In this document: piece by piece, positions 11,801-24,464 of the stretch
Layout of the letters: the number at the start of each line of letters is the position of its first letter
Position numbering within the stretch: the stretch's first letter is position 1
Assembly (NCBI RefSeq): GCF_006345805.1
Contig: NC_043010.1
Location: forward strand, 25,110,001-25,174,000
From: Octopus sinensis
Taxonomy: Eukaryota
DNA length: 64,000 nucleotides
Direction: 5' to 3'
The notes under the pieces: model-generated
What the model was told of the DNA's origin: nothing
The model's input: the letters and a program-made list of their open reading frames with translations, nothing else
Databases searched by the model: none
Made by a program: the position numbers and the translations under genes

Positions 11801-13019
11801 CAGAAAACAAATTGTCAAAATATTAGAAATAAGCATAAGAAAGTAAACAAAACTTATAACTCAATTTTTTAGTTTGCAATATTTTGATACTTTTTTTTTA
11901 TCTTCATGATAAATATAATCAATCAAATTTCAAAAGTCTTCAAAAAACAAAATGTGTCAATATATTGAAAATAAGCATATAAAAGGAATAAAATTGCACC
12001 TTATTTAGTACTTATTTGCAACATATTATACTTACTTGCAATATTTGTCACGTTTTGAATCCTTATAACACAAAAACTTATAACACAATTTTTTTAGTAC
12101 TTCTTTGCAATATTTTGACACTTTTTTTTTTATCTTTATGATAAATATAATCAATGAAATTTCAAAAGTCTTCAAAAAACAAGATGTGTCAATATATTGA
12201 AAATAAGCATATAAAAGGGAATAAAATTGCACCTTATTTAGTACTTATTTTCAACATATTTAGTACTTACTTGCAATATTTGTCACGTTTTGAATCCAGT
12301 GAACTGATATTTACCCAAGAGATCACTTGTCACAAAATTCTCAGAAATAAATAATGCCAAAATATTGGAAATAAGCATAAGAAAGTGAACAGAACTTGTA
12401 ACTTAAATTGTTTTTTAGTACTTACTTGCAATGTTTGTGAATCAATCAGTTAACATAAATATGTAAACTGATTGATAGTCACAATAGACACGATATTTTG
12501 ATCTTTTTGATAAATATAATCTTATTATAAATCGATTAACTTATATTTACCCAAGAGATCACGCATCACAAAATTTTTCAGAAAAATTGCAACTTTTCAC
12601 ATTTTCGTGAATCAATCAGATAAAATATTTACCCAATAGTCACAAAAGTTTTCAAACAAAGAAAAAATGTCAAAATATTGCAAATAAGCATATAAAAGGA
12701 AACAAAATTGCAACTTAAATGTTGTATTTAGTACTTATTTGCAAATTTTGATTCCTGCAGAAAACAAATTGTCAAAATATTAGAAATAAGCATAAGAAAG
12801 TAAACAAAACTTATAACTCAATTTTTTTAGTTTGCAATATTTTGATACTTTTTTTTTATCTTCATGATAAATATAATCAATCAAATTTCAAAAGTCTTCA
12901 AAAAACAAAATGTGTCAATATATTGAAAATAAGCATATAAAAGGGAATAAAATTGCACCTTATTTAGTACTTATTTGCAACATATTATACTTACTTGCAA
13001 TATTTGTCACGTTTTGAAT
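8820..13019. repeat. AT-rich higher-order satellite (~958-962-bp units)
   Basis: Landmark gtgaactgatatttacccaag at 8984, 10379, 11341, 12299; identical 66-aa ORFs at 11196 and 12154 (958 apart); runs into the gap. Confidence 0.9.
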
Positions 13020-13119
13020 NNNNNNNNNNNNNNNNNNNNNNNNNNNNNNNNNNNNNNNNNNNNNNNNNNNNNNNNNNNNNNNNNNNNNNNNNNNNNNNNN
13101 NNNNNNNNNNNNNNNNNNN
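13020..13119. other. Assembly gap (100 N)
   Basis: Run of N. Confidence 1.
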
Positions 13120-14361
13120 GTTTACCAATTAAACGCGGATGAAACGGTATACAGTCAAGAATTACAGGGTAAATGTTTTTTTTAATTTTCTCCTGTTTAC
13201 GGAATAATCTTTATTGCGGTAGAAGCTGGCTGTTATTTCTAGTGGGTGTGAATGGCCTATTATGCCGTTCCTTAATTGTTAATGTTGAACTTAAAAATGG
13301 TCTATGACTATTTAATTTTTTCCCACTGGGCCGCTGGTGGCAATAAAATCTACAAAATTTTCCTTGCCACCCTATATTGATTAATTATGAATTTTTTGGT
13401 TAATTCCGTAATGGAATCGACGGCTGATATTTATTTGCTGCCGATAAAATTTGGCGCGAGTGCGACGATTTGAAAATTTTAGGTCAGATATTGCCTTGGC
13501 AAGATTGGGTATGCCTCGTGTAAATATCTGTTCCGACTTGAGCTATTTCTTGCTGAAGAATCCGAGGGCTTATGGAAAATTGGCTTGATTTAATTTAATC
13601 AGGTTGGTTTACCATTAAACACAGGGATGAAACGGTATACCGTACAAGAAATTACAGGGTAAATGTTTTTTTTAATTTTCTCCTGTTTACGGAATTAATC
13701 TTTATTTGCGGTAGAAGCTTTGGCTGTTATTTCTAGTGGGTGAATGGCCTATTATGGCCGTTCCTTAATTGTTAATGGTGAACTTAAAAATGGTCTATGA
13801 CTATTTAATTTTTTCCCACTGGGCGCTGGTGGCAATAAAATTCTACAAAATTTTCCTGCCACCCTATATTGATTAATTATGAATTTTTTGGTTAATTCCG
13901 TAATGGAATCGACGGCTGATATTTATTTGCTGCCGATAAATTTGGCGCGAGTGCGACGATTTGAAAATTTTAGGTCAGATATTGCTTGGCAAGATTGGGT
14001 ATGCCTCGGTAAATATCTGTTCCGACTTGAGCTATTTCTTGCTGAAGAATCCGAGGGCTTATGGAAAATTGGCTGATTTAATTTAATCAGGTGGTTTACC
14101 ATTAAACAGCGGATATATAAACGGTATACCGTACAAGAAATTAAGGGTAATGATTTTTTTTTAATTTTCTCCTGTTTACGGAATTAATCTTTATTGCGGT
14201 AGAAGCTTTGGCTGTTATTTCTAGTGGGTGAATGGCCTATTATGGCCGTTCCTTAATTGTTAATGTTGAACTTAAAAATGGTCTATGACTATTTAATTTT
14301 TTCCACTGGGCCGCTGGTGGCAATAAAATCTACAAATTTTCCTTGCCACCCTATATTGATT

Positions 14362-14366
<5 letters not shown>
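13120..14366. repeat. 487-bp tandem repeat, ~2.5 copies
   Basis: gtttacc(a)attaaac starts at 13120, 13607, 14094; copies differ mostly by 1-bp indels. Confidence 0.9.
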
Positions 14367-14697
<331 letters not shown>

Positions 14698-14698
14698 T

Positions 14699-15067
14699 GT
14701 GAATTGAAGAAATGGAGTTGAACGAAGATTGAACAGAAATCCTTTTATTGCATTCTACAGGTGTTTCGAAAGCCACAATTTACCAAATTCCGATTGAATA
14801 AGGAGACCATATTGTGTCTTTCTCTTCAGGAAGAAATAGGAATTCCGTTGGCAGAACAAAAACAGCCTCCTCGTTCGATTTGTTTTGCTGCCCCTCTGTT
14901 CTGTTTTTGTTCTGCCAACGGAATTCCTATTTCTTCCTGAAGAGAAAGACACAATATGGTCTCCTTATTCAATCGGAATTTGGTAAATTGTGGCTTTCGA
15001 AACACGTGTAGAATGCAATAAAAGGATTTCTGTTCAATCTTCATTCAACTCCATTTCTTCAATTCAC
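14699..15067. repeat. Long inverted repeat: 167-bp arms, 35-bp spacer (foldback/MITE-like)
   Basis: 14699-14865 is the reverse complement of 14901-15067 with 2 mismatches seen; mirror ORFs MSFSSGRNRNSVGRTKT on both strands. Confidence 0.93.
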
Positions 15068-15229
15068 TAATAATATTAAAATTCAATTATCCGCACCAAC
15101 GCACGGTTGCAACACCATATGGTTGTACCTCCAACCGTGCTTTCTTCTGCTGTGATTTTTGCTACCAAGGTATCGGTTAAACTTTTGATTAATCTGCAAC
15201 AAGATTATTCATCTTTCTATTTCACCAAA

Positions 15230-15640
<411 letters not shown>

Positions 15641-15748
15641 GTTAATCCAAACATGAGCAAGCAAGAAAAAGCAACAACGTGAGGATGTGGAATAAGTACA
15701 GTGTTATTGGACGCTCAGGAAAGGAAAGAAAAGAAAGAGGATCTCATT

Positions 15749-15771
15749 TTTCGAGCGGAGCTCTTCATCAG
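15749..15771 (-). ncRNA. Degenerate hammerhead-ribozyme-like core (PLE type)
   Basis: CTGATGA-a-GAGC-tcc-GCTC-GAAA; stems I and III not intact. Confidence 0.35.
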
Positions 15772-15845
15772 AAATATAGAAAAAGTTCAAAGAAGGGAAG
15801 ACGGAGAAAGAAAATCGCCAACGATACACACACAGTCGCATATTG

Positions 15846-15891
<46 letters not shown>

Positions 15892-16977
15892 TGTGTGTGT
15901 GTGTGTATGTATGTGTATGCACATCTTAAGTTCTGGTAGAGTATATAGATAGGGTATTTCCAGGAAAGCACACAACCTGAGTTCAGGGCTATCAACACTG
16001 TCGGATACCAGACTAATACTGAAACTCATCAAGTGTAAAAAACCCAGGTTTCGCTATGGTAGAACTGCTGTGTGGGTATAGCGAAGAGTAAACTATTATC
16101 CAAATAATAAGACAAAGAAATCCTTTAATGCATCTCTAATGATTCGCTACAGCTGTTTCTCTACCAACACTGCTTGCAACGCCCGTTTACACAATATTCA
16201 AAGTCAAAATTTACATAATGTTTGCAGTTTTAGACTTTAGAGGTGGCACTTCATCAGACTTCATCAGAAATGTCACTCATATCTCTAAAACCCCAAACAT
16301 TACGTAAATAGTCACTCTGAACAAACTGCAAACTGGTGTTGCAAGCAGAGTTGGTACAGAAACAACTGTACCGAATCATTAAATATGTGTTAAAAGATTT
16401 CCTTGTCTTAATATTAGGATTATATATATAAATACAAATATGTGTATGTGTGTTAGTGGACATGTATATATGGGTGAGATTAGATATTTCACCTCTCTTC
16501 CCTTTGTCTTGTCTTTTGGTCAAATTATCTTCACTTCAGTAGTTTTACTTTTACGTGTAGGTTCCTTATTTATATCTATAATCATACGAGAGATGTCTTA
16601 ATAATCTGAAAATCACTTTTATTCAACAGAAACAATAATGTAAATAAATTTGAAAAGCATTTCATTGGCACCCATTCTACCTTAGTAATGATGATTAAAT
16701 TTATGGGACGCCATAAAATGAATGATTGATGAATGAATACAGTTTTCTTGAAACTTTTGATTATTTCCGAATGCTTTTCATCCACATCGACGAATTTATA
16801 CTATCAGCTACACCAACCACCTTAAACACCAGTTTAAGCAACAAATGCCAGCATCTACCATCAGCACATACCTAACATATCTCTGAAGTGGTTTCTACTG
16901 TAGATTTTGCATATTCTAAACTCATAGAGTTGTTCATTTGAAGAAAAGGGTAAATGTCTATTGTTTTTGAATTTCAG

Positions 16978-17080
16978 TGTATGGATAATGTACGGAGAGA
17001 TAATGTCTCAAAACAACAGATAAAACATGAACTAAGACGAGAGAAATTGCATCATAAAAAAAAAGATGAAGAAACGAAAA
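16978..17080 (+). CDS. Candidate exon, paralog of 29468-29591
   Basis: ttgtttttgaatttcag acceptor, GTAAGC donor, open frame CMDNVRRDNVSKQQIKHELRREKLHHKKKDEETK. Confidence 0.4.
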
Positions 17081-17140
17081 GTAAGCATATTTGCTCATTT
17101 GTCTCACTTTCTGTATGTGTGTGTGTGTTAGTGTCTTTTG

Positions 17141-17209
<69 letters not shown>

Positions 17210-17804
17210 CTACAAAATTAGAGAATGGAGAAATATACTTAAATCAGTAAAACATCAACTATCCGATGATCCCATGGTGGGTTGAATTTTCAACCCCTAT
17301 CTCATTTTATAACCTATATATATATATATATATATATATACACCCTTCCCTCCTCATCATCATCATCATCAACAACAACAACAACAACAACATCATAATC
17401 CGTTCAAACATTTAAGCATTGGCTGTGTGTGATTAAAAATCTTTTTCTTGTTCATCTGCTCTTTGTTAAAATGTTTTCAGTCTTATATTCCTCAATACTT
17501 CTTTTCTTTCCTTAAAACTTTGTGAACCACACCAATATTGCACTCACTACATGCTATCCATTAGTGGGACAAGTGTATAAAAAGTACCAGACTAATGAAT
17601 TTTTCAGTTTAAGCTGGTTTTCCTTTCTGATAAACTTCAAAATAACTATCAACTTTCTCCATTTATGCACACACATACAACTATAAACATACATACAAAC
17701 AGGTGCACACAAATACATACATACACTTACATTTATATTCATTTATTCTTTTATTCTTTCATAAGTTTCCGACTTAAGGCTGTGGCCATATACACATATA
17801 GTTA

Positions 17805-17840
<36 letters not shown>

Positions 17841-18258
17841 TCTATCTCGATTGATAGTGTTCATTGTTGGATCGGCTCGTAAGTAAATCGCTTTTTTTAT
17901 TGTGTTTTTGAAAAAGTTTTCGTTTCAATTTTTGCACACGGAGTGTGTAAGACACCCAGCTTACGTCTGGGTGTGTTTTCTGGAGAGGATTTTGCCCCTA
18001 GGGGCAATTTCAGCCTTGATTATATATCAAAATTTTTGCTGCCATTGCTTGTTTTCACTCAATGTTGCCGAAGCGTTCCTTGTAATGCATAGACGCTGTT
18101 CTCTCTCTCTGTTGCATCCATTTGTTTACGTTTTACATTTTCGGAGTTTTTCAACTTTTCAAACGCCCAACTTTTGTTTGGGTGTTTTTTTAAATGTAGA
18201 ATTCGCCCCTAGGGGCATTTTCATCAATTGACTTTTATTTTTCTCGAAAAAAAAAAGA

Positions 18259-20441
18259 ATGTCAAGAAATTTTATTGTTGAACAGTATTCTACGATTTTT
18301 TCTAAGGAGGATTTTCCTGCTTTGGAAGACACAGTCAACAAAGACACTGATATAAAGAAAGATAAAACTGAAATCAACACCACCAGCACCACCAACATCA
18401 AAGCTACCACATCTGATAGAACTAACACTGACACAACAACCGTTAACAACAACAAAAACAAGAATAACAACAACAAAAATGAAGTAAATATAAATGTCCA
18501 TGATGTTTCGCAAGATTTAATTAACTCACCTATTATCTCACCTACAACGATATCTGCTGCCACGGCTGTCTCTTCTGCCACTGACACACCGCACCCAACC
18601 AACAAAAATAAAACACACAACAACAATCCCTTTCAGATCTTGTTTCCTCCAACACCAGAACGAGAGAGGAAAAACAAAAGACCGCGACCACCAAACGAAT
18701 TGCCGAAAGTTGCTCAAATGCAGGGACAAATTATGCAAGCAATTTTCCACCCCTTCCTACTTGCACAATCAAACATCAGACACCAAATACACCGAATATA
18801 CCAACTGCAGCCAACAACAACATCACCACCAGCAACAACAATAACAAAACAACAACAAATTTCGCCGAGGCGATAAAAGAAAAAAAAACAACAGTATCTT
18901 TTACTGCACAGCAGATAAAAGATGCCAAAGCTTTAATCACAAAAGAAAATGGCAAAGTAAAAATAAACATACCGCAACAAATATTGGAAAACGAAAAAAA
19001 GAAAACAATTATATATAAAATAATCAACAACAAGACAAAAAGTCCAGAGAAGGCAAACACAAACAAAATCGAAAAATGCTTGCAACCTATCTGGAATTTT
19101 AAAGAATATGTTACCTGGTGGAACAAGATTGCTCACATACAAATAGTGTTCCACACTGAAGAGTTAGCAAAACGCTTCTCAACGCTAACTCTTCATTTGG
19201 ATGAACTTACTATGATACCTAGCTACCTTGGACAGAGAGTAACTAAGGTCATATTAAACAATGTTCCCCAAATAGCGGACACTCTATGGCTAACATCGGC
19301 CATATGTGTGGAAATGGACGATTTTAACATATTACAAACCATGGTCACTTAACACAAAAACTGGGTGGGAAAGAGAGTAGAAATTCTCTTACATATCAAC
19401 CAAGATGCCATCAACAAAATACCCACCCAGATATATAAATCAGAAGTCCACAAGTTGTACGTGGTCGTCGAGGGCCGAAGACCACGCTGCTACATATGCG
19501 GCAGTGCGCAACATCTAAAAAAAGATTGCAAATCTGCCGTGAGAAAACAACAGCAGCAGCTGGAATAAACAAAAAAGCCAGCTTTATTACCCACACCACA
19601 GTTTGCACGAACAATAAAAGGACCAGTCACAGAAAATCAAAAAGGAACAAACCTACCCAACCAAACAACACCACCAACTGCACCAAGAACAGAAACAACA
19701 TCAACAACAACAACCAAAGAGAAACCAACTCCTCAACCAAGAACATCTATCGAAAATGAAGAAACAATTACTACTCCAAATCCCCCCAAAACACACACCC
19801 CAAACACCACAACAATACCTACAATCACACAAACACAAAATACCCACACCCCACCTCCAAAAACCCATACACCACACCCTAACGCTCACCAACCAACACC
19901 AACACCAACAACAAAGTCAACACAGTCAAAAATAGACCCCAATACTTTTCCCCTCCCACTCTCTGATTCCTCTGACATGTCATTAGATGAAGAAGACACA
20001 GATGATTGGCAAATAGCCACAGGGGGGGGAGGAGAAAAAGGGGAAAAAAGAATAGAAAAGCTAACAAACAAAGCAGGAAGATTCACCACTCCCGAAACAA
20101 AAACATCCACAGAAAACGAACACATCAACACAAACACACTATCACCAAACCCCCCAACAATGTTCACAGCCATAAACACAAACAACCACGACCTAATGGA
20201 ATACATTAGGTCAAACACCAACATAACTGAAAACGACACAAAAATAAATAACCACCCATGCACAACACCACCACAACACATTAAAATAATACACGTAACA
20301 CAGAACACACACAGCACCCTGAAATCTCTCTACCCTGATGCAGTTGGGAGATTTCAAAAATATTTATCGAAGAAACTTTACAAAAATCTCATGGGAGAAG
20401 ACTGTGAGGTGAAAAACAAAGGACTTTCGGATAATAAGTAA
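18259..20441 (+). pseudogene. Tx1-like ORF1, copy 1 (frameshifted)
   Basis: T/N-rich N-terminus, central domain ending LYVVVEGRRPRCYICGSAQHLKKDC, C-terminal FQKYLSKKLYK. Confidence 0.8.
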
Positions 20442-20513
20442 CCTTTTCTCTCTCTCTTTCTTTTTTTTCTCATCTTCTTTTTTCGTGTGTAAAACACAAT
20501 TTTTGATAGGAAC

Positions 20514-23500
20514 ATGCTTAAAATAAGTAGTATAAATGTACGTGGCTTGGGGTCGCCTTGGAAACGACGTCAAGTCACTAAATCTGCATATCATAGCCAT
20601 CAGTGGGACCAGACTCCACAGCTCGCAGGCATTCCAACACATGTTAGGCACACATTTCAACATTCATTTTTCTCTGTGTCTACCGAGAATGGGCGGAGGT
20701 GGCACCGCGGTGCTTCTCCAGAAGAGTCTGGACCTCAAAGTAAGAGCAATTTTCCTAGACCCAGAGGGTAGGCTGGTCGTTTTAGATGTCGATGGCAGCA
20801 ATGAGTGTGCTTTTCGACTAATAACAGTTTATGCACCGTCCTTAACAGGCTGACCAGATTTCTTTCGACATCTAGAGTCTTTCATGGGAACGTCTCGTCC
20901 TTTACTTTTAGTGGGGGATTGGAATGCCACCCTGGACATGCATCTAGACTACGTGGGCAGAGATAGCAATAGGAGGGGATGCAAATGCCTCAAAGACCTT
21001 CTCAGACGTTTCCAACTGTCTGACAGGTACTGACTGGACCACCTGAATGTGCCAATGTGGACATGGAGTAACCGCATCGGGTCATCCAGATTGTACTTAG
21101 ATAGAGTATTCTGTAGGACAATAGATAAAAATAGTGTAGGTTGTCCACAATTTCATATAGTCAGTTACACAGATCACAAGTTTGTGACTTGTACACTTGA
21201 CTTAGATAAGACACATAGGCAGGGTCCTGGTTACTAGAAGCTGAACGCGTCTTTTACAGCACGATAGGTTTACAGGGACTGGATCAGCACATTAGTTAAG
21301 AGAGCTTTGACGGGTACCATCATCAACAACAGATGGTGGTATGCTCTAAAAAAAGCAATTAAAGCAGAATCAGTCAGATACAGTAAGGCCCTAGCATTAG
21401 ACCGAAATAGAATAGAAGGACACTTAGTTAAGAATTCAGAAGAGGCACTTAGAACTGGCATTGCGTCCAACGTACTGGCAGCAAGGTTGGCCCTCGACCA
21501 ACACCTCAACGCCAAACACAAAGGATGCGTTGTCAGAGCTAGGATGTGTGCTCTGAGGAACGAAGGAGTTGGATCCGCCTGAGAAGCCCGAGTGGTGGAG
21601 ATGCAACAGAACCACCATCAAATCTCTTATAGATGAAAAGGGGCGCGAATTGCTCGAGCCTAAAAGGATATGTGAGGCTTTTCAACAACACTTCACCCAA
21701 CTGTTTGGGCCAAGTGGTGGGTCAGAACGCAGAGTGGACTTTAGTGCCTACCTGCATGCTTGGATGGTCTGCTCTACGAACTTTATTGTCATATGCCAGA
21801 CTTGTTTGGAGACGTCTTGGCAGCTGTCTACTGCAACTGGCAGCAAAACGGGAGTATCCCTGCTTTTGTAAAGTGAGGAGCAGTGACACTGATTAAGAAA
21901 GACCCAAACAAGGGGGACGTCATAGATAATTTCAGGCCTATCACTCTGCTCAATGCAGATTTTAAAATTTTGGCCAAGGTGTTAGCCAAGAGCTTGGCGC
22001 TTGTCATCGAGAAACTAGTCGACAAGGCGGAAACATGCGCCATGCCGGGTAGAAGTATTCATGACAACCTCCATCTGATGCACTAGGGTAGATCATCACT
22101 ACTTGGAGGCTGTCCTTAAAGCGGCTGGTTTCGGTCCAGTTTTCTGCAGTTGGATTGCTGCCTTATACAGCGGCATCCGCTCGGTAGTTCGCGTAAATGG
22201 TCATCTATCCAGACCTTTTAACATCAGGCATTCGGTTTGTCAGGGATACCCCCTCTCATCGCTTCTGTATGTATTGACTCTTGAGCTACTACTGCGGAAA
22301 CTGGTGATGCTGAGGGGCATCCCACGAGAGCTGGGATGTGGGAGGAGCGTGTCTGCATATGCGGATGACGTCACCGTCATAGTGTCGAGCTACCAGTACA
22401 TCGAGCTGGTCAGCGAGACACTAAAAGAATATGAAGCAGTAACGGGAGCAAAAATTAATCGGAAAAAGTCAGTGGGCTTGCGGCTCGGCACCTGGAGAAG
22501 CAGGCCCATGCTGTCCAACAGCGTCTCCATCGTGGGACGCTGGACGGACGGACCGGTTAAATTGCTTGGGGTCTGGTTCGGTCCGGACCTCCAAATGGAG
22601 AAGAACAGAGGCGAAATAACGATTAGGGTGGCTACTCTCATCCAGAAATGGGCTGAGAGAAAGCTATCCTTAAAAGGTCAGGCGGAGGTGGCGAATGCGT
22701 ACATCGCATCCGTCATCGAGTATCGTCTGACCATCGTGCCTTGTCCCAACCCTACCATCACTAAACTGGAACGTATACTCTTCCGCTTCCTGTGGAAGGG
22801 AAACGTTCCGATGGTTAGGCGATCCATTTGCTGTCAACATCCACTAAATGGAGGGCTGGGCATGCCGTGGTTGATGATGCGCAGACATGCGCTGAGACTG
22901 TGACATCTCCGGCGCTTCATAGACGACGGTGAACAGGTGTGGTCACCTTTTGTGCGGCACGCTTTCCCACAGCTCGTCTCCTTGGCTGAACTACAGTCAT
23001 GGATCAAGCAAAGACCGAGGCTAGGCGAATGGCACCATGAGTGTCGTGTTGCTCTCAAGCAACTCTGCCATCCGGGATCAAATTTGTGCGACTCCATCAC
23101 AACAAAGGCATTCTATAGAGGATTAGTGGAGGGGAGGTGCGATGACGATCTCAGGCAGAGTCTGGGCGTTGACGAGGAACACCTGACCCACCTGTTCAGG
23201 ACAACTTTCGGGCCAGGACCTATGGACAATCACCAAAGTTCCCTGGCCTGGCAGTGCTATCGAGAAGCATTACCTGTTCGGGATAAACTCTACAGACACG
23301 GTTCCAGACACACTGGACCGACTTGCCCAAGATGCGGTCAGAGCGATGAAATCGTTCTGCACGTACTCGTGCAATGTCCAATCATTTCAGACCTGTGGGC
23401 TCATGCCGAACGGCTGCTGTCATGAGTGGGACGAGTCCGCCTATTGGCCGAGTCTATCGTGAATATTGCTCCGCCCCCTTCCCTCGACCGGGAAGGCAAG

Positions 23501-23724
23501 GCAGTTTTCATCATACTGGTGGCCATGGTGAAAGAATGTGTGTGGTGGACCCGAGCGAAAGGATTAGAGACAGACACTTACCTCTCTGGCCAATCTCTCA
23601 TCAACTTTTTCAAGTACTACTTGAAAAGGAAGGTGATAATGGAGAGGGAAGTTTTGTCTCGCGAAAGTTTCAAAAAAAGATGGTGCGTGCGAGTGACGAA
23701 ACCATTTTGAGCATAACCCTGTAA
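20514..23724 (+). pseudogene. Tx1-like ORF2, copy 1 (APE-RT-CCHC), disrupted
   Basis: SINVRGL, VGDWN, YLDR, TDH; NFRPITLLNADFKILAK; QGYPLSSLLY; YADD; CPRC...H...C; small deletion removes the DQSKAFD motif near 22085. Confidence 0.92.
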
Positions 23725-24464
23725 ATCGTAAAAAAGAGAGAGGGAGAGCATTTTGCTCTCATGTGGTTATTTCCTCCCTGACTGAGGTTCCCGTGGTCTT
23801 TTCTGTAGGCTTTTCTTCCCACGGATGAACCCAATCTTGTTTTATTAATGTTTTTTAAAAAAGTGTTTCTGTGATACACAATTTCTTTCCTTTTTTTTTT
23901 TTTCCTCTTGATCCCTTTTGATCGGAATCTTACATATATTTTCCTTTTTCTTTTCCACCCTCGAAAAGAAAAGCTCTACATTTGTATTTGTCTCCTCTGT
24001 ATTCAGCCCTGTGTGGCCAATAAAAGAAAGTTATCTATCCATCTATCTCGATCGATAGTGTTCATTGTTAGATCGGCTCGTAAGTCAATCGCTTTTTTTA
24101 TTGTGTTTTTGAAAAAGTTTCGTTTGAATTATTTGCACACGGAGTGTGTAAGACACCCAGCTTACATCTGGGTGGGTTTTCCGGAGGGGATTTTGCCCCT
24201 AGGGGCAATTTCAGCCTTGATTATATATCAAAATTTTTGCTGCCATAGCTTGCTTTCACACAATGTCGCCGAAGCGTTCCTCATAACACGTAGATGCTGT
24301 TCTCTCTCTCTCTGTTGCATCCATTTGTTTACGTTTTACATTTTCAGAGTTTTTCAACTTTTCAAATGCCCAACTAACGTTTGGGTGGTTTTTTTTTAAT
24401 GTAGAATTCACCCCTAGGGGCATTTTCATCAATTGATTTTTATTTTTCTCGAAAAAAAAAATAT

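Larger units (their letters stand above)
17848..24030 (+). mobile_element. L1/Tx1-clade LINE copy 1, full length, decayed
   Basis: ~410-bp 5' UTR, ORF1 with CCHC knuckle, ORF2 with APE, RT and C-terminal CCHC, AATAAA at 24019, (TCTA)n on both sides. Confidence 0.92.

Noticed and set aside
16128-16270. Minus-strand CTGATGA (twice) and GAAACAGCTGTA about 85 bp apart
   Set aside because: No stem II links them; cannot be folded into one hammerhead
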